DNA of 64,000 nucleotides from an uncultured Fibrobacterota bacterium. Its GTDB lineage: Bacteria > Fibrobacterota > Chitinivibrionia > Chitinivibrionales > WJKA01. Below are positions 36,099 to 54,199 of this stretch, in pieces (positions within the stretch are counted from its first letter, which is position 1; every line of letters starts with the position of its first letter). The notes below the pieces were generated by a model. That model had not been told where the DNA came from. It was given only the letters and a program-made list of their open reading frames with translations, and made no database searches. The stretch covers positions 999-64,998 of the forward strand of contig CAZNDN010000007.1 in NCBI GenBank assembly GCA_964571815.1. The letters are read 5' to 3'. The translations under genes were made by a program, and so were the position numbers.

Positions 36099-39000
36099 AT
36101 GCCGACACGAACATCATACTCAAAGATCCCCCCAGTCATGGATCTGCCCAACCTCCTGGAAATCCAGACACGCTCGTACGAGGAGTTCCTCCAGCCGGAT
36201 ACCCCTCCGCGACTTCGGAAAAACCAGGGCCTTCACGGCGGCTTCCTCAACCTCTTTCCCGTCAACGATGTCAAAGGCTACTACACGCTTGAGTACGAAG
36301 GGTACAAGCTGGGAGTGCCGAAGTATTCGCTTCGGGAGTGCAAAGAGCGCGGAATGACCTACGCGGCGCCGCTCAAAGTGGATATGTCGCTTCTGGTCTA
36401 CGAGCGCGACGGGGAAACGAAGCGGTTTGTCGAGAAGATCACCAACGAAGTCTATATCGGCGAGATACCGCTGATGACCGAGCGGGGAACCTTCACGATT
36501 AACGGCGCCGAACGCGTGATCGTGTCGCAGTTGCACCGCTCACCGGGTATCACGTTCGACGAAGTCACGCATCCCAACGGCAAGCGGATGCTTACGGCCC
36601 GGATCATACCGCAGCGGGGCTCCTGGGTCGAAGCGATCCTGGATGTGGACGGGACGTTGTCGGTCAATATCGACCGCCGCAAGAAAATGCCCGGAACCGT
36701 GCTGCTTCGTGCGTTGGGCTACTCCACCGACGAAGAGATTCTGGCCTTGTTTCACGATACCGAAGAGGTCAAGGTTACGGTATCGGGTAAGGAGAATGTT
36801 CTGGGTCGTATTGCCGCGAAGGCCGCTTTTGTCATGGACACGGGCGAGATCGTGGTCGATGCCAACGAGGTGATTACCGAAGAGAGGTGGGAAGCTCTCC
36901 GCACCAACAAAATCGGGACGGTGGCGGTCCTCAAGGGAGTGTCGTCGACCGACAGCGCGGTAGTGCTCAATACCCTGCGCAACGATCCGACCAAGTCCGA
37001 GGAAGAAGCGCTGTTTTACCTGTACGGTACGATGCGGCCGGGGGACCCGCCGAATGTGGAAACCGCCCGGAATTTGATCCATCGAATGTTTTTCGATGAA
37101 AAACGGTATGATCTCGGCTGTGTGGGGCGGTATCGGGTGAACAGCAGACTGGGGATCGAGCCCGACGGCGACCAGAATATCCTGACCAGGGACGATTTCG
37201 TCGCGGCCTACAAGTACATGATAGGTCTCGGCAACGGCGTGGGTTTTATCGACGATATCGATCATCTCGGGAATCGGCGCGTCCGGTCGGTGGGTGAGCT
37301 TCTGACCGCGCAGCTTACGGTCGGTCTCACACGAATGGTGCGCACCATTCGTGAACGTCTCAGCCTGCGCGACACCGAGAATATCACGCCGCAGGACCTG
37401 ATCAACGCGCGAACCGTATCAACCGTCATTCAGGCATTTTTCGGCTCCAGTCAGCTCTCGCAGTTTCTCGACCAGACCAATCCTCTGTCGGAGTTGACGC
37501 ACAAACGGCGTGTGAGCGCCCTGGGGCCCGGCGGGTTGACCCGTGAGCGCGCGGGCTTTGAGGTGCGTGACGTTCACCATACGCACTACGGACGGTTGTG
37601 CCCGATCGAGACACCGGAAGGTCCCAATATCGGCCTGATCGCCTCGTTGAGCACCTATGCCCGTGTCAACGATTTCGGCTTTATCGAGACCCCGTACCAG
37701 AAAGTGGATAAGGGCAGTCTTACCAGGGAGGTTGAGTACCTGAGCGCCGACCAGGAAGACAAGCATATTATCGCCCAGGTGAATACGCCGGTGACCGACA
37801 AGGGCAAGATTTCGATGAAGAATGTATTCGCGCGGCACCGGGGTGATTTTCCGATCGTCTCACCCGATAAAATATCGTACATGGACGTTTCGCCGATGCA
37901 GTTGGTGAGTGTGGCGGCCGGCCTTATTCCGTTTCTGGAGCATGACGATGCGAACAGGGCGTTGATGGGTTCCAACATGCAGCGCCAGGCGGTCCCCTTG
38001 CTGAGCACCGAGGCCCCGCATATCGGCACCGCGCTTGAAGCACGGGCAGCGCGCGATTCCGGGTGCATGGTCATCAGCAGGTGCCGGGGTGTGGTGGAGA
38101 AAGTGAGCGCGGGTCGGATTCTCGTTCGCAAGACCAGGGACACGGGGGGCGACGATCTGCTGGGGCTTACCGAATACGAGCGCTACGACCTGACCAAATT
38201 CGAGCGGTCCAACCAGGACACCTGTATTACGCAGAAGGTGTGTGTGAACGTGGGCGACAAGGTCAAGCGCGGTGATGTGCTGGCCGACGGGCACGCGACC
38301 AGTGACGGCGAGCTGGCGCTGGGACGAAATGTCATGGTGGCGTTCATGCCCTGGCGCGGGTATAACTTCGAGGATGCGATTATCGTCTCGGAGAAGCTGG
38401 TTGCCGAGGACATTTATACCTCGATCCACATCGAAGTGTTTGAAACCGAGGTGAGGGACACGAAACGCGGTCCGGAAGAGCTGACGCGGGAGATTCCCAA
38501 TGTCAGTGAGGAAGCGCTGAAGAATCTTGACGAAAACGGTGTGGTTCGGTGCGGCACCGAGGTCGAGGCGGGAGATATTCTGGTGGGCAAGGTCACTCCC
38601 AAGGGGGAGACCGAGCTGTCCCCCGAGGAGCGTCTGCTTCGGGCCATTTTCGGCGAGAAGGCCGGTGATGTGCGCGATTCCTCGCTGAAAGCCCCTCCGG
38701 GACTGAAGGGGATTGTGGTTGACACACGCGTCTACTCCCGCAAGGAACGGGACAAACGATCGAAGAAGCGGGACAAGAAGCGTATCGAAGAGCTGAAGGC
38801 GGAGATCAGCGAGCGTATCTCCGAAATAGAACAGGCGTGTGTTGCGCGACTCTCCGAGATCCTGACCGGCACCATGACCGCCGAGATCAAGAACGTGCAT
38901 ACCGGGGAGGCGGTGGTACCCGCCGGGCGGAAGTGGCGCAAGTCGCTGCTGCAGAAGCTGGATTTCACCGCTATCTCTTTCGACGACGGTGTGTGTGACG

Positions 39001-39869
39001 ATACACGGAAGGGGAAGAAGGCCGAGCAGGTGCTTTTCCGTGCCAACGACATGATAACCAAGCTCGAAGACCGGCTTGACAAGGAAATCGACAAGGTGGT
39101 GCGCGGCGATGAACTCAAGCCCGGGGTGCTGCAGTTGGTAAAGGTCTACGTTGCCAAGAAGAGAAAGCTGTCGGTGGGCGACAAGATGGCCGGCCGTCAC
39201 GGCAACAAGGGCGTGATCTCGCGTATTGTGCCGCAGGAGGATTTGCCGTTTATGCCGGACGGGACGCCGGTGGAGTTGATACTCAACCCCCTGGGTGTGC
39301 CGTCGCGGATGAATATCGGCCAGATCCTGGAGGCGCACATGGGCTGGGCCGCCATGAAGCTCGGCAGGAGCATCGCTACACCGGTCTTTGACGGGGCTTC
39401 TTACGACGATATCCTGAAGTTGCTGGATGAAGCCGGGTTGCCGCGGAACGGAAAGACGGTGCTGCGTGACGGGCGGACGGGGGAGGCCTTCGACCAGGAA
39501 GTCACGGTAGGGCCCGTGTATATGATGAAGCTGTGTCATCTGGTCGACGATAAAATTCATGCGCGCTCGATCGGTCCGTACTCTCTGGTAACGCAGCAGC
39601 CGCTGGGCGGCAAGTCTCAGTTCGGCGGGCAGCGATTCGGCGAGATGGAAGTGTGGGCCCTGGAGGCCTACGGTGCGGCGTACACGCTGCAGCAGATGCT
39701 GACGGTCAAGAGCGACGATCTTGCGGGACGATCCCGGATCTACGAGGCGATTGTCAAGGGTGAAAACGCGCCCAAGCCCGGTATCCCGGAATCGTTCAAG
39801 GTAATGGTACGTGAAATCAAGGCACTGGCTCTTGATATGCGTGTGGGGACCAGTGGTGATATGTATTGA
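36099..39869 (+). CDS. rpoB: DNA-directed RNA polymerase subunit beta
   Basis: 1256 aa. [34 protein letters not shown]-type block ([21 protein letters not shown]), [47 protein letters not shown]. Confidence 0.97.
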   Translation: MPTRTSYSKIPPVMDLPNLLEIQTRSYEEFLQPDTPPRLRKNQGLHGGFLNLFPVNDVKGYYTLEYEGYKLGVPKYSLRECKERGMTYAAPLKVDMSLLVYERDGETKRFVEKITNEVYIGEIPLMTERGTFTINGAERVIVSQLHRSPGITFDEVTHPNGKRMLTARIIPQRGSWVEAILDVDGTLSVNIDRRKKMPGTVLLRALGYSTDEEILALFHDTEEVKVTVSGKENVLGRIAAKAAFVMDTGEIVVDANEVITEERWEALRTNKIGTVAVLKGVSSTDSAVVLNTLRNDPTKSEEEALFYLYGTMRPGDPPNVETARNLIHRMFFDEKRYDLGCVGRYRVNSRLGIEPDGDQNILTRDDFVAAYKYMIGLGNGVGFIDDIDHLGNRRVRSVGELLTAQLTVGLTRMVRTIRERLSLRDTENITPQDLINARTVSTVIQAFFGSSQLSQFLDQTNPLSELTHKRRVSALGPGGLTRERAGFEVRDVHHTHYGRLCPIETPEGPNIGLIASLSTYARVNDFGFIETPYQKVDKGSLTREVEYLSADQEDKHIIAQVNTPVTDKGKISMKNVFARHRGDFPIVSPDKISYMDVSPMQLVSVAAGLIPFLEHDDANRALMGSNMQRQAVPLLSTEAPHIGTALEARAARDSGCMVISRCRGVVEKVSAGRILVRKTRDTGGDDLLGLTEYERYDLTKFERSNQDTCITQKVCVNVGDKVKRGDVLADGHATSDGELALGRNVMVAFMPWRGYNFEDAIIVSEKLVAEDIYTSIHIEVFETEVRDTKRGPEELTREIPNVSEEALKNLDENGVVRCGTEVEAGDILVGKVTPKGETELSPEERLLRAIFGEKAGDVRDSSLKAPPGLKGIVVDTRVYSRKERDKRSKKRDKKRIEELKAEISERISEIEQACVARLSEILTGTMTAEIKNVHTGEAVVPAGRKWRKSLLQKLDFTAISFDDGVCDDTRKGKKAEQVLFRANDMITKLEDRLDKEIDKVVRGDELKPGVLQLVKVYVAKKRKLSVGDKMAGRHGNKGVISRIVPQEDLPFMPDGTPVELILNPLGVPSRMNIGQILEAHMGWAAMKLGRSIATPVFDGASYDDILKLLDEAGLPRNGKTVLRDGRTGEAFDQEVTVGPVYMMKLCHLVDDKIHARSIGPYSLVTQQPLGGKSQFGGQRFGEMEVWALEAYGAAYTLQQMLTVKSDDLAGRSRIYEAIVKGENAPKPGIPESFKVMVREIKALALDMRVGTSGDMY

Positions 39870-39924
39870 GGCTGAGACGGCTCCCGGGTCGTTGATGTCG
39901 CCCCGTCTGAAAGGGGGATCGTAA

Positions 39925-44010
<4,086 letters not shown>

Positions 44011-44097
44011 TCCGAACCCGTGCGGTGCCGTTTGCCCCAACGAGTTGTCGCGAATTATTTTAACAAGTTTGTTCTGCGTTGAACAAGGAGTAACGGG

Positions 44098-44472
44098 TTG
44101 CCGACGATCAATCAATTAGTGAGAAAGGGGCGCAAGGCGACGTCCAGGGGAAATATTTCCCGCGCCCTGCAAGGGTCTCCGCAGAAGCGCGGTGTATGTA
44201 CCAGGGTCTTCACGACCACGCCGAAGAAACCGAACTCGGCGTTGCGGAAAGTGGCTCGTGTACGGCTCACGAACCATATCGAGGTAAATGCATACATCCC
44301 CGGCGAGGGACACAATCTGCAGGAGCACTCCCTGGTGCTGATCCGCGGAGGGCGGGTGAAGGACGTGCCGGGAGTGCGGTACCATATCGTCCGGGGTTCT
44401 CTCGATGCGCAGGGCGTGGAGAACAGGACGCGGAGTCGTTCCAAGTACGGGGTGAAGCGCCCGAAGAAATAA
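44098..44472 (+). CDS. rpsL: Ribosomal protein S12
   Basis: TTG start. [12 protein letters not shown]...[18 protein letters not shown]...[12 protein letters not shown]. Confidence 0.95.
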   Translation: MPTINQLVRKGRKATSRGNISRALQGSPQKRGVCTRVFTTTPKKPNSALRKVARVRLTNHIEVNAYIPGEGHNLQEHSLVLIRGGRVKDVPGVRYHIVRGSLDAQGVENRTRSRSKYGVKRPKK

Positions 44473-44484
44473 GGAGCCGGGAAC

Positions 44485-44955
44485 ATGGCCAGAAGAAGAA
44501 GAGCACAGAAGAGGCCGGTCAAGCCCGACCCGAAATACGGAAGCACGCTGGTGACGCGGTTTGTGAGCAACATGCTCCGCTGCGGAAAGCGACACACGGC
44601 CGAGACGGTTTTCTATCGGGCGATCGAGTTGGCCGGGGAGCGGACCAAGCAGGATGGGCTGCGTCTGTTCCAGAAGGCTCTTGAAAATGTCAAGCCGACG
44701 CTCGAGGTGAAGTCGCGTCGGGTAGGAGGGGCCAACTATCAGGTGCCGCTGGAGGTGTCGGCCGAGCGTCGTACATCCCTGGCGATCAGGTGGCTGATCC
44801 AGTACTCGCGGCAGCGCTCCGAGAAGAGCATGGCGGAGCGACTTGCGGGCGAGTTGGCACAGGCGGCACGCAACGAAGGGGGAGCGTTCCGCAAGAAGGT
44901 GGACACCCACAAGATGGCCGAGGCCAACAGGGCTTTCGCTCATTTCAGGTGGTAG
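44485..44955 (+). CDS. rpsG: Ribosomal protein S7
   Basis: ARRRRAQKRPVKPDPKYGS...VEVKSRRVGGANYQVP...MAEANRAFAHFRW. Confidence 0.95.
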   Translation: MARRRRAQKRPVKPDPKYGSTLVTRFVSNMLRCGKRHTAETVFYRAIELAGERTKQDGLRLFQKALENVKPTLEVKSRRVGGANYQVPLEVSAERRTSLAIRWLIQYSRQRSEKSMAERLAGELAQAARNEGGAFRKKVDTHKMAEANRAFAHFRW

Positions 44956-45011
44956 CGGAACATCTTTTACGGTAATTATGGTGAACGGGCAATGAAAGAG
45001 CGGTTGAAGAT

Positions 45012-47123
45012 ATGTCGTCCGGGCTGTCGTTGGAGCGCGCAAGAAATATCGGTATCATGGCCCATATCGATGCGGGCAAGACAACAACGACCGAGCGGCT
45101 TCTCTACTATGCCGGCATTGTCCACAGAATGGGAGAGGTACATGACGGCAACACGGTGATGGATTGGATGGTCCAGGAGCGGGAACGAGGGATCACCATT
45201 ACGTCTGCCGCCATAACGTGCATCTGGAACGATCATCATATCACGATAATCGATACGCCTGGGCACGTTGATTTTACCATAGAAGTTGAACGTTCTTTGA
45301 GAGTCCTGGATGGTGCAGTTGCCATATTCGATTCGGTTGGCGGCGTAGAACCTCAGTCGGAGACTGTCTGGAGACAGGCCGACAAATACCACGTGCCCCG
45401 AATTGCATTTGTTAATAAGATGGATCGGACGGGAGCCGATTTCACCAATGTCGTGTCCATGATCCACACGAAGCTGGCCGCGGATGCCGTGCCGATACAG
45501 GTCCCGATAGGGGCCGAGCAGGGCTTCGAGGGAGTGATCGACCTGGTCCGGATGAAGGCGTACCGTTACGATGAAGAGGCGCTGGGGATGAACGTATACG
45601 AAAGCGAGATTCCCGACGCGTATGCCGATGAGTGCGCGATTCGTCGTGAGGAGATGCTGGAGAAGGTGTGTGATTTCGACGACGAGTTGATGCAGGTGAT
45701 GCTGGAGGGAAACAGGCCCCGACCGGCACTCATCGATCGCGCGATCAGAAATGCCGTGTTGCAATACCGTATCTGCCCGGTGCTCTGCGGCGCGGCATTC
45801 CGAAACAAGGGAATCCAGCAGTTGGCCGACGCGATTGTCGCGTATCTGCCTTCGCCGGCGGAGCGCGGGGGAGTTGAAGGCACCGACCCGTCGAGCGGTG
45901 AAAAGCGGTTCAGGAAGCCCGATCCCGGCGAACCGTTCTGCGCGCTGGTATTCAAAGTAGCCACCGACCGTCATTTCGGCCGGCTGGCCTTTGCCAGGGC
46001 GTACTCGGGTGAGCTGAAGGTCAAGGGCTCGGCGCTCAATCCGCGGACGGGCTCCACTGAGCGGCCGTTGCGGGTGTTCCGGATGCATTCCAACAAGCGC
46101 AAGCCGCAGGATGCGGTGCGAGCGGGGGATATCGTCTCGCTGGTTGGACTGAAGGATACGACCACCGGGGATACGCTCTGCGACCCGGCGAAGCCGATTC
46201 TGCTGGAGAAGATGACCTTCCCGGAGACGGTGATATCGCGGTCGATCGAGGCCAGGAGTACGGCCGACGAGGACAAGTTACAGAAAGCGCTCGCGAGGCT
46301 GGAGGATGAGGATCCGACGTGTGCGGTCCTGGAGGACCGGGATACCGGTCAGACCCTGATTTCGGGCATGGGCGAGCTTCATCTGGAGGTGTTGGTCGAT
46401 CGGCTGGTCAGAGAATTCGCTACGCCGGTGCATGTGGGGAAGCCCCAGGTTTCGTACCGGGAGAGTATCACGGCCGAGGCGACCGAAGAATCGGAATTCA
46501 CCCAGCCCCTGGGAGGCAAACAGCAGTATGCGCACGTGCTCTTGCACGTGCGACCGGCTCCTCCCGAGCAGGCAGTGGTGTGCAGGGAGGCTCTCGGTAA
46601 AGGGGGGGGGGAAGTCCCGCCGGAGTTTGTCGAAGCGGCGCGGCGGGGGGTTGTGGAAGCCGCGAGTGCCGGTGTGCTTTCGGGCTATCCTCTGCTGGGC
46701 GTAGACATCGAGCTGCGAAAACTGCGGTTCCGTGAAGAGGATTCGACCGAACCGGCGTTCAAGATCGCGGGAGCGGCGGCGTTCGAGGCGGCCTGCCGGG
46801 CCGCGCAGCCGGCAATCATGGAGCCGATGGGAGCGCTGGAGGTTGTGGCGCCCGAGGAGTATGTCGGCGCGGTGATCAACGATTTGAACGGGCGCAGAGG
46901 GAAAGTGCTGAATATCGTCTCGAGAAAAGACGCGCGGGTGGTGGATGCCCTGGCGCCGATAGCGGAAATGTTCGGCTATGCAACTGCACTTCGATCCCTG
47001 ACTCAAGGCAGAGCGTTGTATTCGTTACAGTTCAGCAACTATGCGCGGGCTCCCGCGCAGGTCCAGGATGAGATCCTGAGGCGTATTGGGAGATATGATT
47101 TGAGGGAAACCACCGAGTCCTGA
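45012..47123 (+). CDS. fusA: Elongation factor G
   Basis: [23 protein letters not shown]...[17 protein letters not shown]...[10 protein letters not shown]...NKMDR. 703 aa. Confidence 0.97.
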   Translation: MSSGLSLERARNIGIMAHIDAGKTTTTERLLYYAGIVHRMGEVHDGNTVMDWMVQERERGITITSAAITCIWNDHHITIIDTPGHVDFTIEVERSLRVLDGAVAIFDSVGGVEPQSETVWRQADKYHVPRIAFVNKMDRTGADFTNVVSMIHTKLAADAVPIQVPIGAEQGFEGVIDLVRMKAYRYDEEALGMNVYESEIPDAYADECAIRREEMLEKVCDFDDELMQVMLEGNRPRPALIDRAIRNAVLQYRICPVLCGAAFRNKGIQQLADAIVAYLPSPAERGGVEGTDPSSGEKRFRKPDPGEPFCALVFKVATDRHFGRLAFARAYSGELKVKGSALNPRTGSTERPLRVFRMHSNKRKPQDAVRAGDIVSLVGLKDTTTGDTLCDPAKPILLEKMTFPETVISRSIEARSTADEDKLQKALARLEDEDPTCAVLEDRDTGQTLISGMGELHLEVLVDRLVREFATPVHVGKPQVSYRESITAEATEESEFTQPLGGKQQYAHVLLHVRPAPPEQAVVCREALGKGGGEVPPEFVEAARRGVVEAASAGVLSGYPLLGVDIELRKLRFREEDSTEPAFKIAGAAAFEAACRAAQPAIMEPMGALEVVAPEEYVGAVINDLNGRRGKVLNIVSRKDARVVDALAPIAEMFGYATALRSLTQGRALYSLQFSNYARAPAQVQDEILRRIGRYDLRETTES

Positions 47124-47129
47124 GGGGGT

Positions 47130-48325
<1,196 letters not shown>

Positions 48326-48351
48326 CCATGAACGGACGGGGAGCGTGAGCA

Positions 48352-48660
48352 GTGCCAAGTGAAAAGATTCGAATTCGCCTGAAGTCGTTCGATCACAACA
48401 TACTGGATCGCTCGGCGATGGATATTGTTCGGACGGCGAAGGGGACGGGGGCGCGTATCTCTGGACCCGTGCCGCTTCCCACGCAGAAGACCGTGTATAC
48501 GGTGCTGCGGTCTCCTCATGTGAACAAGAAATCGCGGGAGCAGTTCGAAACCAGGATACACAAGCGTCTGATCGATATTCAGGAGTCGACGCCGCAGACG
48601 GTGGATTCACTCATGCGGCTGGACCTACCGGGCGGCGTGGACGTGGAGATAAAGGTATAG
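48352..48660 (+). CDS. rpsJ: Ribosomal protein S10
   Basis: GTG start. [22 protein letters not shown]...GPVPLPT...[16 protein letters not shown]. Confidence 0.95.
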   Translation: MPSEKIRIRLKSFDHNILDRSAMDIVRTAKGTGARISGPVPLPTQKTVYTVLRSPHVNKKSREQFETRIHKRLIDIQESTPQTVDSLMRLDLPGGVDVEIKV

Positions 48661-48708
48661 GCGCGGCCGTGTCGAGGCGGACGGCAAAGCAACAACGGAC
48701 GGGAAATC

Positions 48709-49350
48709 ATGCAGGGATTAATCGGCACCAAGATCGGGATGACGAGGATTTTCGACAAGGACACGGGTGAAGCGGTACCCGTATCGATCATCCGGGTCGG
48801 CGAGAACGTGGTGCATCAGCGGAAGACGATGGAGAAGGACGGCTACGATGCGGTGCAGATGGGGTACGGGCCGGTGGGTGAGAATCGTCTGACAATGCCC
48901 CGGGCGGGGCATTTCCGGAAGCTGGGGTCGACGCCGACGCGGCTGATCAGGGAGTTTCGGCTCGACAGTGTCGATGAGGAGTTGAAGCCGGGTGTGCGCG
49001 TGGGGGTTGAAGCGTTCGAGGGCGTGGAGCTGGTCGATGTTACGGGGGTGTCGAAAGGCCGGGGCTTCACCGGGACGATCAAGCGGTACAATTTCCAGCG
49101 CGGTCGTGAAACGCACGGCAACACCAATCATCGTCAGCGCGGCTCTACCGGCAACAGTGCCTATCCGGGCCGTGTCTTCCCGGGGATGAAAATGCCCGGT
49201 CGTTACGGTGCGCGGCAGGTAACCACCAGGGGGTTGAAACTGGTGGCCACCAACAGTGAAGAGGGGTTGTTGATGGTTCGGGGAGCAATTCCCGGCAGGA
49301 ACAAGGGAATTGTGCTTGTCAGGAAACACACGGCAACGAAGAAGGCGTAG
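48709..49350 (+). CDS. rplC: Ribosomal protein L3
   Basis: LIGTKIGMTRIFDKDTGEAVPVS...GKGFTG-type block (GRGFTGTIKRYNF). Confidence 0.95.
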   Translation: MQGLIGTKIGMTRIFDKDTGEAVPVSIIRVGENVVHQRKTMEKDGYDAVQMGYGPVGENRLTMPRAGHFRKLGSTPTRLIREFRLDSVDEELKPGVRVGVEAFEGVELVDVTGVSKGRGFTGTIKRYNFQRGRETHGNTNHRQRGSTGNSAYPGRVFPGMKMPGRYGARQVTTRGLKLVATNSEEGLLMVRGAIPGRNKGIVLVRKHTATKKA

Positions 49351-49358
49351 GGATCTGC

Positions 49359-50003
49359 ATGGCTATCAACGCGGTGGTATACAGCGCGACGGGTGAGAAG
49401 AAGGGGAGCATGGAGCTGCCGGAGGAGCTGTTCGGCGAAGAGGGGATCAACGAGGCGCTTCTGCACCAGGTGCTCACTCAGTATCGAGCCAATATGCGTC
49501 AGGGCACGGCCAAAACCAGGGGCCGGGGCGAGGTTCGCGGCGGCGGCGCCAAGCCGTGGCGTCAGAAGGGCACGGGACGTGCCCGGGCGGGAAGCAATGC
49601 GTCTCCGCTGTGGGTTCGCGGCGGCAAGTCCTTCGGTCCCGCACCGCGAGACTATCGTTCGACGATCCCGGCGAAGATGCGCAGGGCGGCACTGAAGCAG
49701 GCTCTGTCGGCGCGGGCGCGCGAGGAGCGCGTGGCGGTTGTCGACAAGGTGGTGTGCGAGGAACCGAAAACCAGCGTTGTTGCCGGCCTGCTCAAGGCCA
49801 TGGGGCTGGATGCGGGGCGGAAGCTGCTGATCGTTGCGGGGGGTAAGGACAGTCCGTTGGTGCGCTCGGCGCGCAATATCAGGGACCTGCGGATTTGTTC
49901 GGTATCGGATATCAATGCCTGGGAAGTTATCACCAGCGAACATGTCATTTTTGCGGATCCCGACCTGGTCGGCGGATTGAACAAGGCGGTACATCGTGAG
50001 TAA
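49359..50003 (+). CDS. rplD: Ribosomal protein L4
   Basis: LLHQVLTQYRANMRQGTAKTRGRGEVRGGGAKPWRQKGTGRARAGS. Confidence 0.95.
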   Translation: MAINAVVYSATGEKKGSMELPEELFGEEGINEALLHQVLTQYRANMRQGTAKTRGRGEVRGGGAKPWRQKGTGRARAGSNASPLWVRGGKSFGPAPRDYRSTIPAKMRRAALKQALSARAREERVAVVDKVVCEEPKTSVVAGLLKAMGLDAGRKLLIVAGGKDSPLVRSARNIRDLRICSVSDINAWEVITSEHVIFADPDLVGGLNKAVHRE

Positions 50004-50286
50004 GCATCATCGTATCATTCGCGCTCCTTCCGTGACGGAGAAGAATACCATGCTGCGGGGCACGCAGAACAAGTATGTCATGGAAGTCGATCGGAAGGCA
50101 ACGAAGGCGCAGATCAAGGAAGCGGTCGAGCAGTTGTGCGGGGTTACCGTGATGAAGGTCAATACCATGATTGTCAAGGGTAAGCGAAAGAGGATGGGCA
50201 GGTTCGCGGGCTATCGCCCCGATCTGAAGAAGGCTATTGTGAAGGTCAAGGAAGGTCAGACATTGAAGCAGTTCGGCGAGGTGTAG
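49996..50286 (+). CDS. rplW: Ribosomal protein L23
   Basis: GTG start overlapping the rplD end. IIRAPSVTEKNTMLR...KYVMEVDRKATKAQIKEAVEQL. Confidence 0.93.
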   Translation: MSKHHRIIRAPSVTEKNTMLRGTQNKYVMEVDRKATKAQIKEAVEQLCGVTVMKVNTMIVKGKRKRMGRFAGYRPDLKKAIVKVKEGQTLKQFGEV

Positions 50287-50334
50287 GCGCGGTATGTCCG
50301 GGCGGGGATCACCAACGAAGACAGGGTAGGGAGT

Positions 50335-51171
50335 ATGCCGATAAAGACGTTCAGACCCAAGACTCCGACGCAGCGGTACAAGACGGTGCTGCACAATCCG
50401 CGGCGTACGTCGGACGAGCCGTATGCGCCCCTTCTACGGCGGAAGAAACGTATCAGCGGGCGCAACAACTCCGGACAGATCACGGTCCGGCATCGTGGAG
50501 GCGGCCACAAGCGTCATTACCGGCTGGTCGATTTCAAACGCGACAAGGTGGGCGTTCCCGGAGAAGTCGAGACCATCGAGTACGACCCGAATCGCACCTG
50601 TGATATTGCGCTGGTGAAGTACCGCGACGGGGAGCGGCGGTACGTGCTGGCCACGATGAATATGAAGAAGGGAATGCAGATCATGTCGGGGGAAGATGCG
50701 GAGATTGCCGAAGGCAACTGCATGCCCCTGCGGCGCATTCCCACGGGGACGATGGTGCACAACGTGGAGCTGCGTTCCGGCAAGGGCGGGCAGCTTGTCC
50801 GGAGTGCGGGGGCTTGCGCCGAGGTTGTTTCCAGGGAAGGGAGCATGGTACAACTGAAGCTGCCTTCCAGCGAGATTCGCAATGTTCCGGAGAAGTGCAC
50901 GGCCACGATCGGGCAGGTGGGCAATGCCGAGCATGTAAATGTTGTCGGCGGATCGGCCGGTCGCACGCGGCACCGGGGAGTACGGCCCACGGTTCGCGGT
51001 GTGGCCATGAACCCGGTGGATCATCCCATGGGCGGCGGGGAAGGAAAAGCATCCGGAGGCGGACATCCCGTCTCACCGTGGGGAAAGAAGGCCAAGGGCG
51101 CGAAGACGCGGCGGGCGAGGAAGAGTTCGGACCGCATGATTGTGCGCCGGCGGAAAAAGAAGTCCAGATAA
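50335..51171 (+). CDS. rplB: Ribosomal protein L2
   Basis: [15 protein letters not shown]...[19 protein letters not shown]...[16 protein letters not shown]. Confidence 0.95.
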   Translation: MPIKTFRPKTPTQRYKTVLHNPRRTSDEPYAPLLRRKKRISGRNNSGQITVRHRGGGHKRHYRLVDFKRDKVGVPGEVETIEYDPNRTCDIALVKYRDGERRYVLATMNMKKGMQIMSGEDAEIAEGNCMPLRRIPTGTMVHNVELRSGKGGQLVRSAGACAEVVSREGSMVQLKLPSSEIRNVPEKCTATIGQVGNAEHVNVVGGSAGRTRHRGVRPTVRGVAMNPVDHPMGGGEGKASGGGHPVSPWGKKAKGAKTRRARKSSDRMIVRRRKKKSR

Positions 51172-51193
51172 TTATCGGGAAGGGTTTGCGCTT

Positions 51194-51481
51194 ATGAGTC
51201 GGTCGATCAAGAAGGGTCCGTTTGTCGACGATCACCTGTTGAAGAAGGCTTCGTTGATGAACAAGACGGGGCAGAAGAAGGTGATCAAGACGTGGTCGCG
51301 GCGCTCGACAATTCTTCCGGAGTTTGTGGGTATGACCTTTGCGATTCACAACGGCAGCAAGTTCGTGCCGGTGTATGTTACCGAGAATATGGTGGGGCAC
51401 AAGCTGGGGGAGTTCGCTCCGACCAGACTCTATCGAAGCCACAGTGGACACGTACGTGTCGACAAGACGGTGAAGCGTTGA
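51194..51481 (+). CDS. rpsS: Ribosomal protein S19
   Basis: ATG 51194 gives [18 protein letters not shown]...[22 protein letters not shown]...GHKLGEF. The track ORF starts upstream inside rplB. Confidence 0.93.
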   Translation: MSRSIKKGPFVDDHLLKKASLMNKTGQKKVIKTWSRRSTILPEFVGMTFAIHNGSKFVPVYVTENMVGHKLGEFAPTRLYRSHSGHVRVDKTVKR

Positions 51482-51500
51482 CGACGGGAGTTGAGAAGAG

Positions 51501-51842
51501 ATGGAATCCAGAGCAATACTTCGATACTGCAAGACGACGCCGCGGAAAGCCAGGGTGGTGGCTGATGCCGTCAAGGGGCGCATGGTGGGTGATGCGCTGA
51601 GTGTGTTGCGGTTCGGTATCGGCAAGGCGGTTGCCGTCGACGTCTCCAAGACGATCAAATCGGCGGTGGCTAATATGCAGAGCAGGCACGAGGATGCCGC
51701 GATTGATATCGATTCCTTGCGGATCAAGGAGATTCGCGTGGACGAGGGCCCGGTGCTTCGGCGATTCCGGGCGCGTGCGCAGGGAAGGGTCGGGCGGCGG
51801 CTGAAGCGCATGTGTCACATTACGGTTGCCGTTTCCGATTAA
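51501..51842 (+). CDS. rplV: Ribosomal protein L22
   Basis: RYCKTTPRKARVVADAVKGRMVGDALSVLRF...RFRARAQGRVGRRLKRMCHITV. Confidence 0.95.
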   Translation: MESRAILRYCKTTPRKARVVADAVKGRMVGDALSVLRFGIGKAVAVDVSKTIKSAVANMQSRHEDAAIDIDSLRIKEIRVDEGPVLRRFRARAQGRVGRRLKRMCHITVAVSD

Positions 51843-51860
51843 CGGAGGGGAGGAGAGATC

Positions 51861-52520
51861 GTGGGCCAGAAAACGCATCCTGTCGGTTTTCGTCTGGGAA
51901 TAAACAAGACGTGGTGTTCCAACTGGTATGCCAGGGAGCATTTCGCCGACTATCTGTACGAAGATATTCTGATTCGAAGTTATCTGAAAAAGCGGCTGGA
52001 GCACGGCGGTGTATCGAGTTTTCAGATTGAGCGCACGGCCAAGAAGGTGGTGGTGAACATTCACACGTCGCGGCCGGGTATTGTGATCGGCAAGAGGGGC
52101 GAGGAGGTGGAGCGGCTGCGGGGCGAGCTGCAGCACCTGACGCAGAAGGATATACAGATCAATATTAAGGAAGTCAAGAAGCCGGAGATGGATTCGCAGT
52201 TGGTTGCGCAGAATATCGCACGGCAGGTTGAGCGGCGTATTTCGTACAAGAAGGCGATCAAGAAGGCGATTGCCACGGCGATGCGCATGGGGGCGGAGGG
52301 AATCAAGGTGATGGTTGCGGGGCGGCTCAACGGTACCGAAATCGCGCGGACCGAGACGTTCAAAGAGGGGCGTATACCGCTCCATACGCTCCGGGCTGAT
52401 ATCGATTATGCAACGGCGGTATCACATACGACGTACGGATGTATCGGGTTGAAAGTGTGGATATGCAAGGGCGAGGTCATTCCCCGCACGGAGCGGGCGA
52501 CGACCGGCGCGGCGGCGTAG
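51861..52520 (+). CDS. rpsC: Ribosomal protein S3
   Basis: GTG start. [17 protein letters not shown]...KH domain...[12 protein letters not shown]. Confidence 0.95.
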   Translation: MGQKTHPVGFRLGINKTWCSNWYAREHFADYLYEDILIRSYLKKRLEHGGVSSFQIERTAKKVVVNIHTSRPGIVIGKRGEEVERLRGELQHLTQKDIQINIKEVKKPEMDSQLVAQNIARQVERRISYKKAIKKAIATAMRMGAEGIKVMVAGRLNGTEIARTETFKEGRIPLHTLRADIDYATAVSHTTYGCIGLKVWICKGEVIPRTERATTGAAA

Positions 52521-52565
52521 TGTACCGCTTCTTTTGACCCGGGCACGAGGAGACAGGACGGAAGC

Positions 52566-52982
52566 ATGCTGGCACCGAAGAAGGTGAAATGGCGGAAACA
52601 GCACCGGGGAAGGCGTACCAATGCGGTGTCGCGGTGCAATACGGTGACATTCGGAGAGTACGCGCTTCAGTCAATGGAGCCGGGCTGGATCGACAGCCGT
52701 CAGATCGAGGCGGCCCGTGTGGCAATGACTCGATTTGTCAAACGCGGCGGGAAGGTGTGGATCAGGATTTTTCCCGACAAACCCTACACCAAGCATCCGG
52801 CGGAATCCCGCATGGGCAAGGGCAAGGGTGCTCCCGAGGGCTGGGTGAGTGTGGTTCGGCCGGGGACGGTGATGTTTGAGATGTCGGGCGTGCGTAACGA
52901 TATTGCCAGGGAAGCCATGCGTCTGGCGGCGCACAAGCTGCCGGTGAAAACCAGGTTTGTCGATGTGACGGAGACGGGGTAG
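52566..52982 (+). CDS. rplP: Ribosomal protein L16
   Basis: [16 protein letters not shown]...[11 protein letters not shown]...[12 protein letters not shown]. Confidence 0.95.
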   Translation: MLAPKKVKWRKQHRGRRTNAVSRCNTVTFGEYALQSMEPGWIDSRQIEAARVAMTRFVKRGGKVWIRIFPDKPYTKHPAESRMGKGKGAPEGWVSVVRPGTVMFEMSGVRNDIAREAMRLAAHKLPVKTRFVDVTETG

Positions 52983-52986
52983 GGAC

Positions 52987-53184
52987 ATGAAGGCACATGA
53001 GCTGAGGGAATTATCGCCGGTGGAAATTCAGGGGAAGGTTGAGGACCTGGAAGAGGAACACTTCAACCTTCGTTTTCAAGCCAAACTGGGGCAACTGAGC
53101 AACGCGCTTCGTATGCGCGAGGTGCGCAGGGACATTGCCCGTTGTCTGACCGTCCTGGGAGAGAAGCGGCGTGAGGGCCGGTGA
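52987..53184 (+). CDS. rpmC: Ribosomal protein L29
   Basis: [31 protein letters not shown]. Confidence 0.92.
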   Translation: MKAHELRELSPVEIQGKVEDLEEEHFNLRFQAKLGQLSNALRMREVRRDIARCLTVLGEKRREGR

Positions 53185-53203
53185 AGGGGCGGAGGGAGTA
53201 TCA

Positions 53204-53461
53204 ATGGCGGAGAGAAACAGCAGGAAGTCTCGAGTCGGCACCGTGGTGAGCAACGGGATGAACAAGACGGTTGTGGTGGACGTCCAGCGGCAGGTGGTCC
53301 ATCCCATGTATGGTCGTACCGTGCGCAAGCAAAAGAAGTACATGGCGCACGACGAAGAGAACGGGTGTAACGTGGGCGACCGGGTGGTGATCGTGGAGAC
53401 GCGCCCGTTGTCCAGGCACAAGCGGTGGCGGGTCAGCGAGATCGTCACCAGGGCCGTATGA
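53204..53461 (+). CDS. rpsQ: Ribosomal protein S17
   Basis: ATG 53204 follows [50 protein letters not shown]...[13 protein letters not shown]. Confidence 0.93.
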   Translation: MAERNSRKSRVGTVVSNGMNKTVVVDVQRQVVHPMYGRTVRKQKKYMAHDEENGCNVGDRVVIVETRPLSRHKRWRVSEIVTRAV

Positions 53462-53497
53462 CACTGCATGCGAGCACATTGACCGAGGCGAACTACA

Positions 53498-53866
53498 ATG
53501 ATTCAGGTACAGACACTGTTGAATGTGGCGGACAACTCCGGCGCGAAGAAGGTAGAGTGTATTCGCGTTCTCGGCGGGACGCGGAGGCGGTATGCGAGGG
53601 TGGGGGACGTGATCGTGGTGGCGGTCAAGGATGCCATTCCGAACTCGCCGGTGAAGAAAGGCAGTGTCGCCAGGGCGGTGGTGGTGCGGACGGCAAAGGA
53701 GTACGGCCGGAAAGACGGGACGTTTGTGCGCTTCAGCGACAACGCCGCCGTGGTGGTCAACGATGCCGGTGAGCCGCGGGGAACGCGGATTTTCGGTCCG
53801 GTCGCACGCGAGTTGCGCGAAAAGAAATACATGCGTATTGCTTCCCTTGCCCCGGAAGTTCTTTGA
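53498..53866 (+). CDS. rplN: Ribosomal protein L14
   Basis: [27 protein letters not shown]. Confidence 0.95.
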   Translation: MIQVQTLLNVADNSGAKKVECIRVLGGTRRRYARVGDVIVVAVKDAIPNSPVKKGSVARAVVVRTAKEYGRKDGTFVRFSDNAAVVVNDAGEPRGTRIFGPVARELREKKYMRIASLAPEVL

Positions 53867-53881
53867 GAGGAGCAGGTTGTC

Positions 53882-54199
53882 ATGCCGAGCCGATTGCGAA
53901 AAAACGACATGGTTCAGGTGGTTTCGGGGGAGTATCGCGGCCAGACCGGCAGGGTGGTGAGGGTGATGCCGGGTAAGGGCAGGGCCGTAGTGGAGGGCTG
54001 CAACATGGTCAAACGACACACCAAGCCCAATCCACGGAACCAGCAGGGCGGTATCCTTGAAAAGGAAGCACCGATCCATCTGTCGAATCTCATGCTGTTG
54101 TGCCCCAAGACCGGCAAGCCGACGCGGGTGGGGATGCGTGTGCTTGACTCCGGCAAGCGGGTAAGGTATTCGAAGAAGGCGAAGGAGTTGTTAGATTGA
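53882..54199 (+). CDS. rplX: Ribosomal protein L24
   Basis: KNDMVQVVSGEYRGQTGRVVRV (KOW)...GGILEKEAPIHLSNL. Confidence 0.95.
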   Translation: MPSRLRKNDMVQVVSGEYRGQTGRVVRVMPGKGRAVVEGCNMVKRHTKPNPRNQQGGILEKEAPIHLSNLMLLCPKTGKPTRVGMRVLDSGKRVRYSKKAKELLD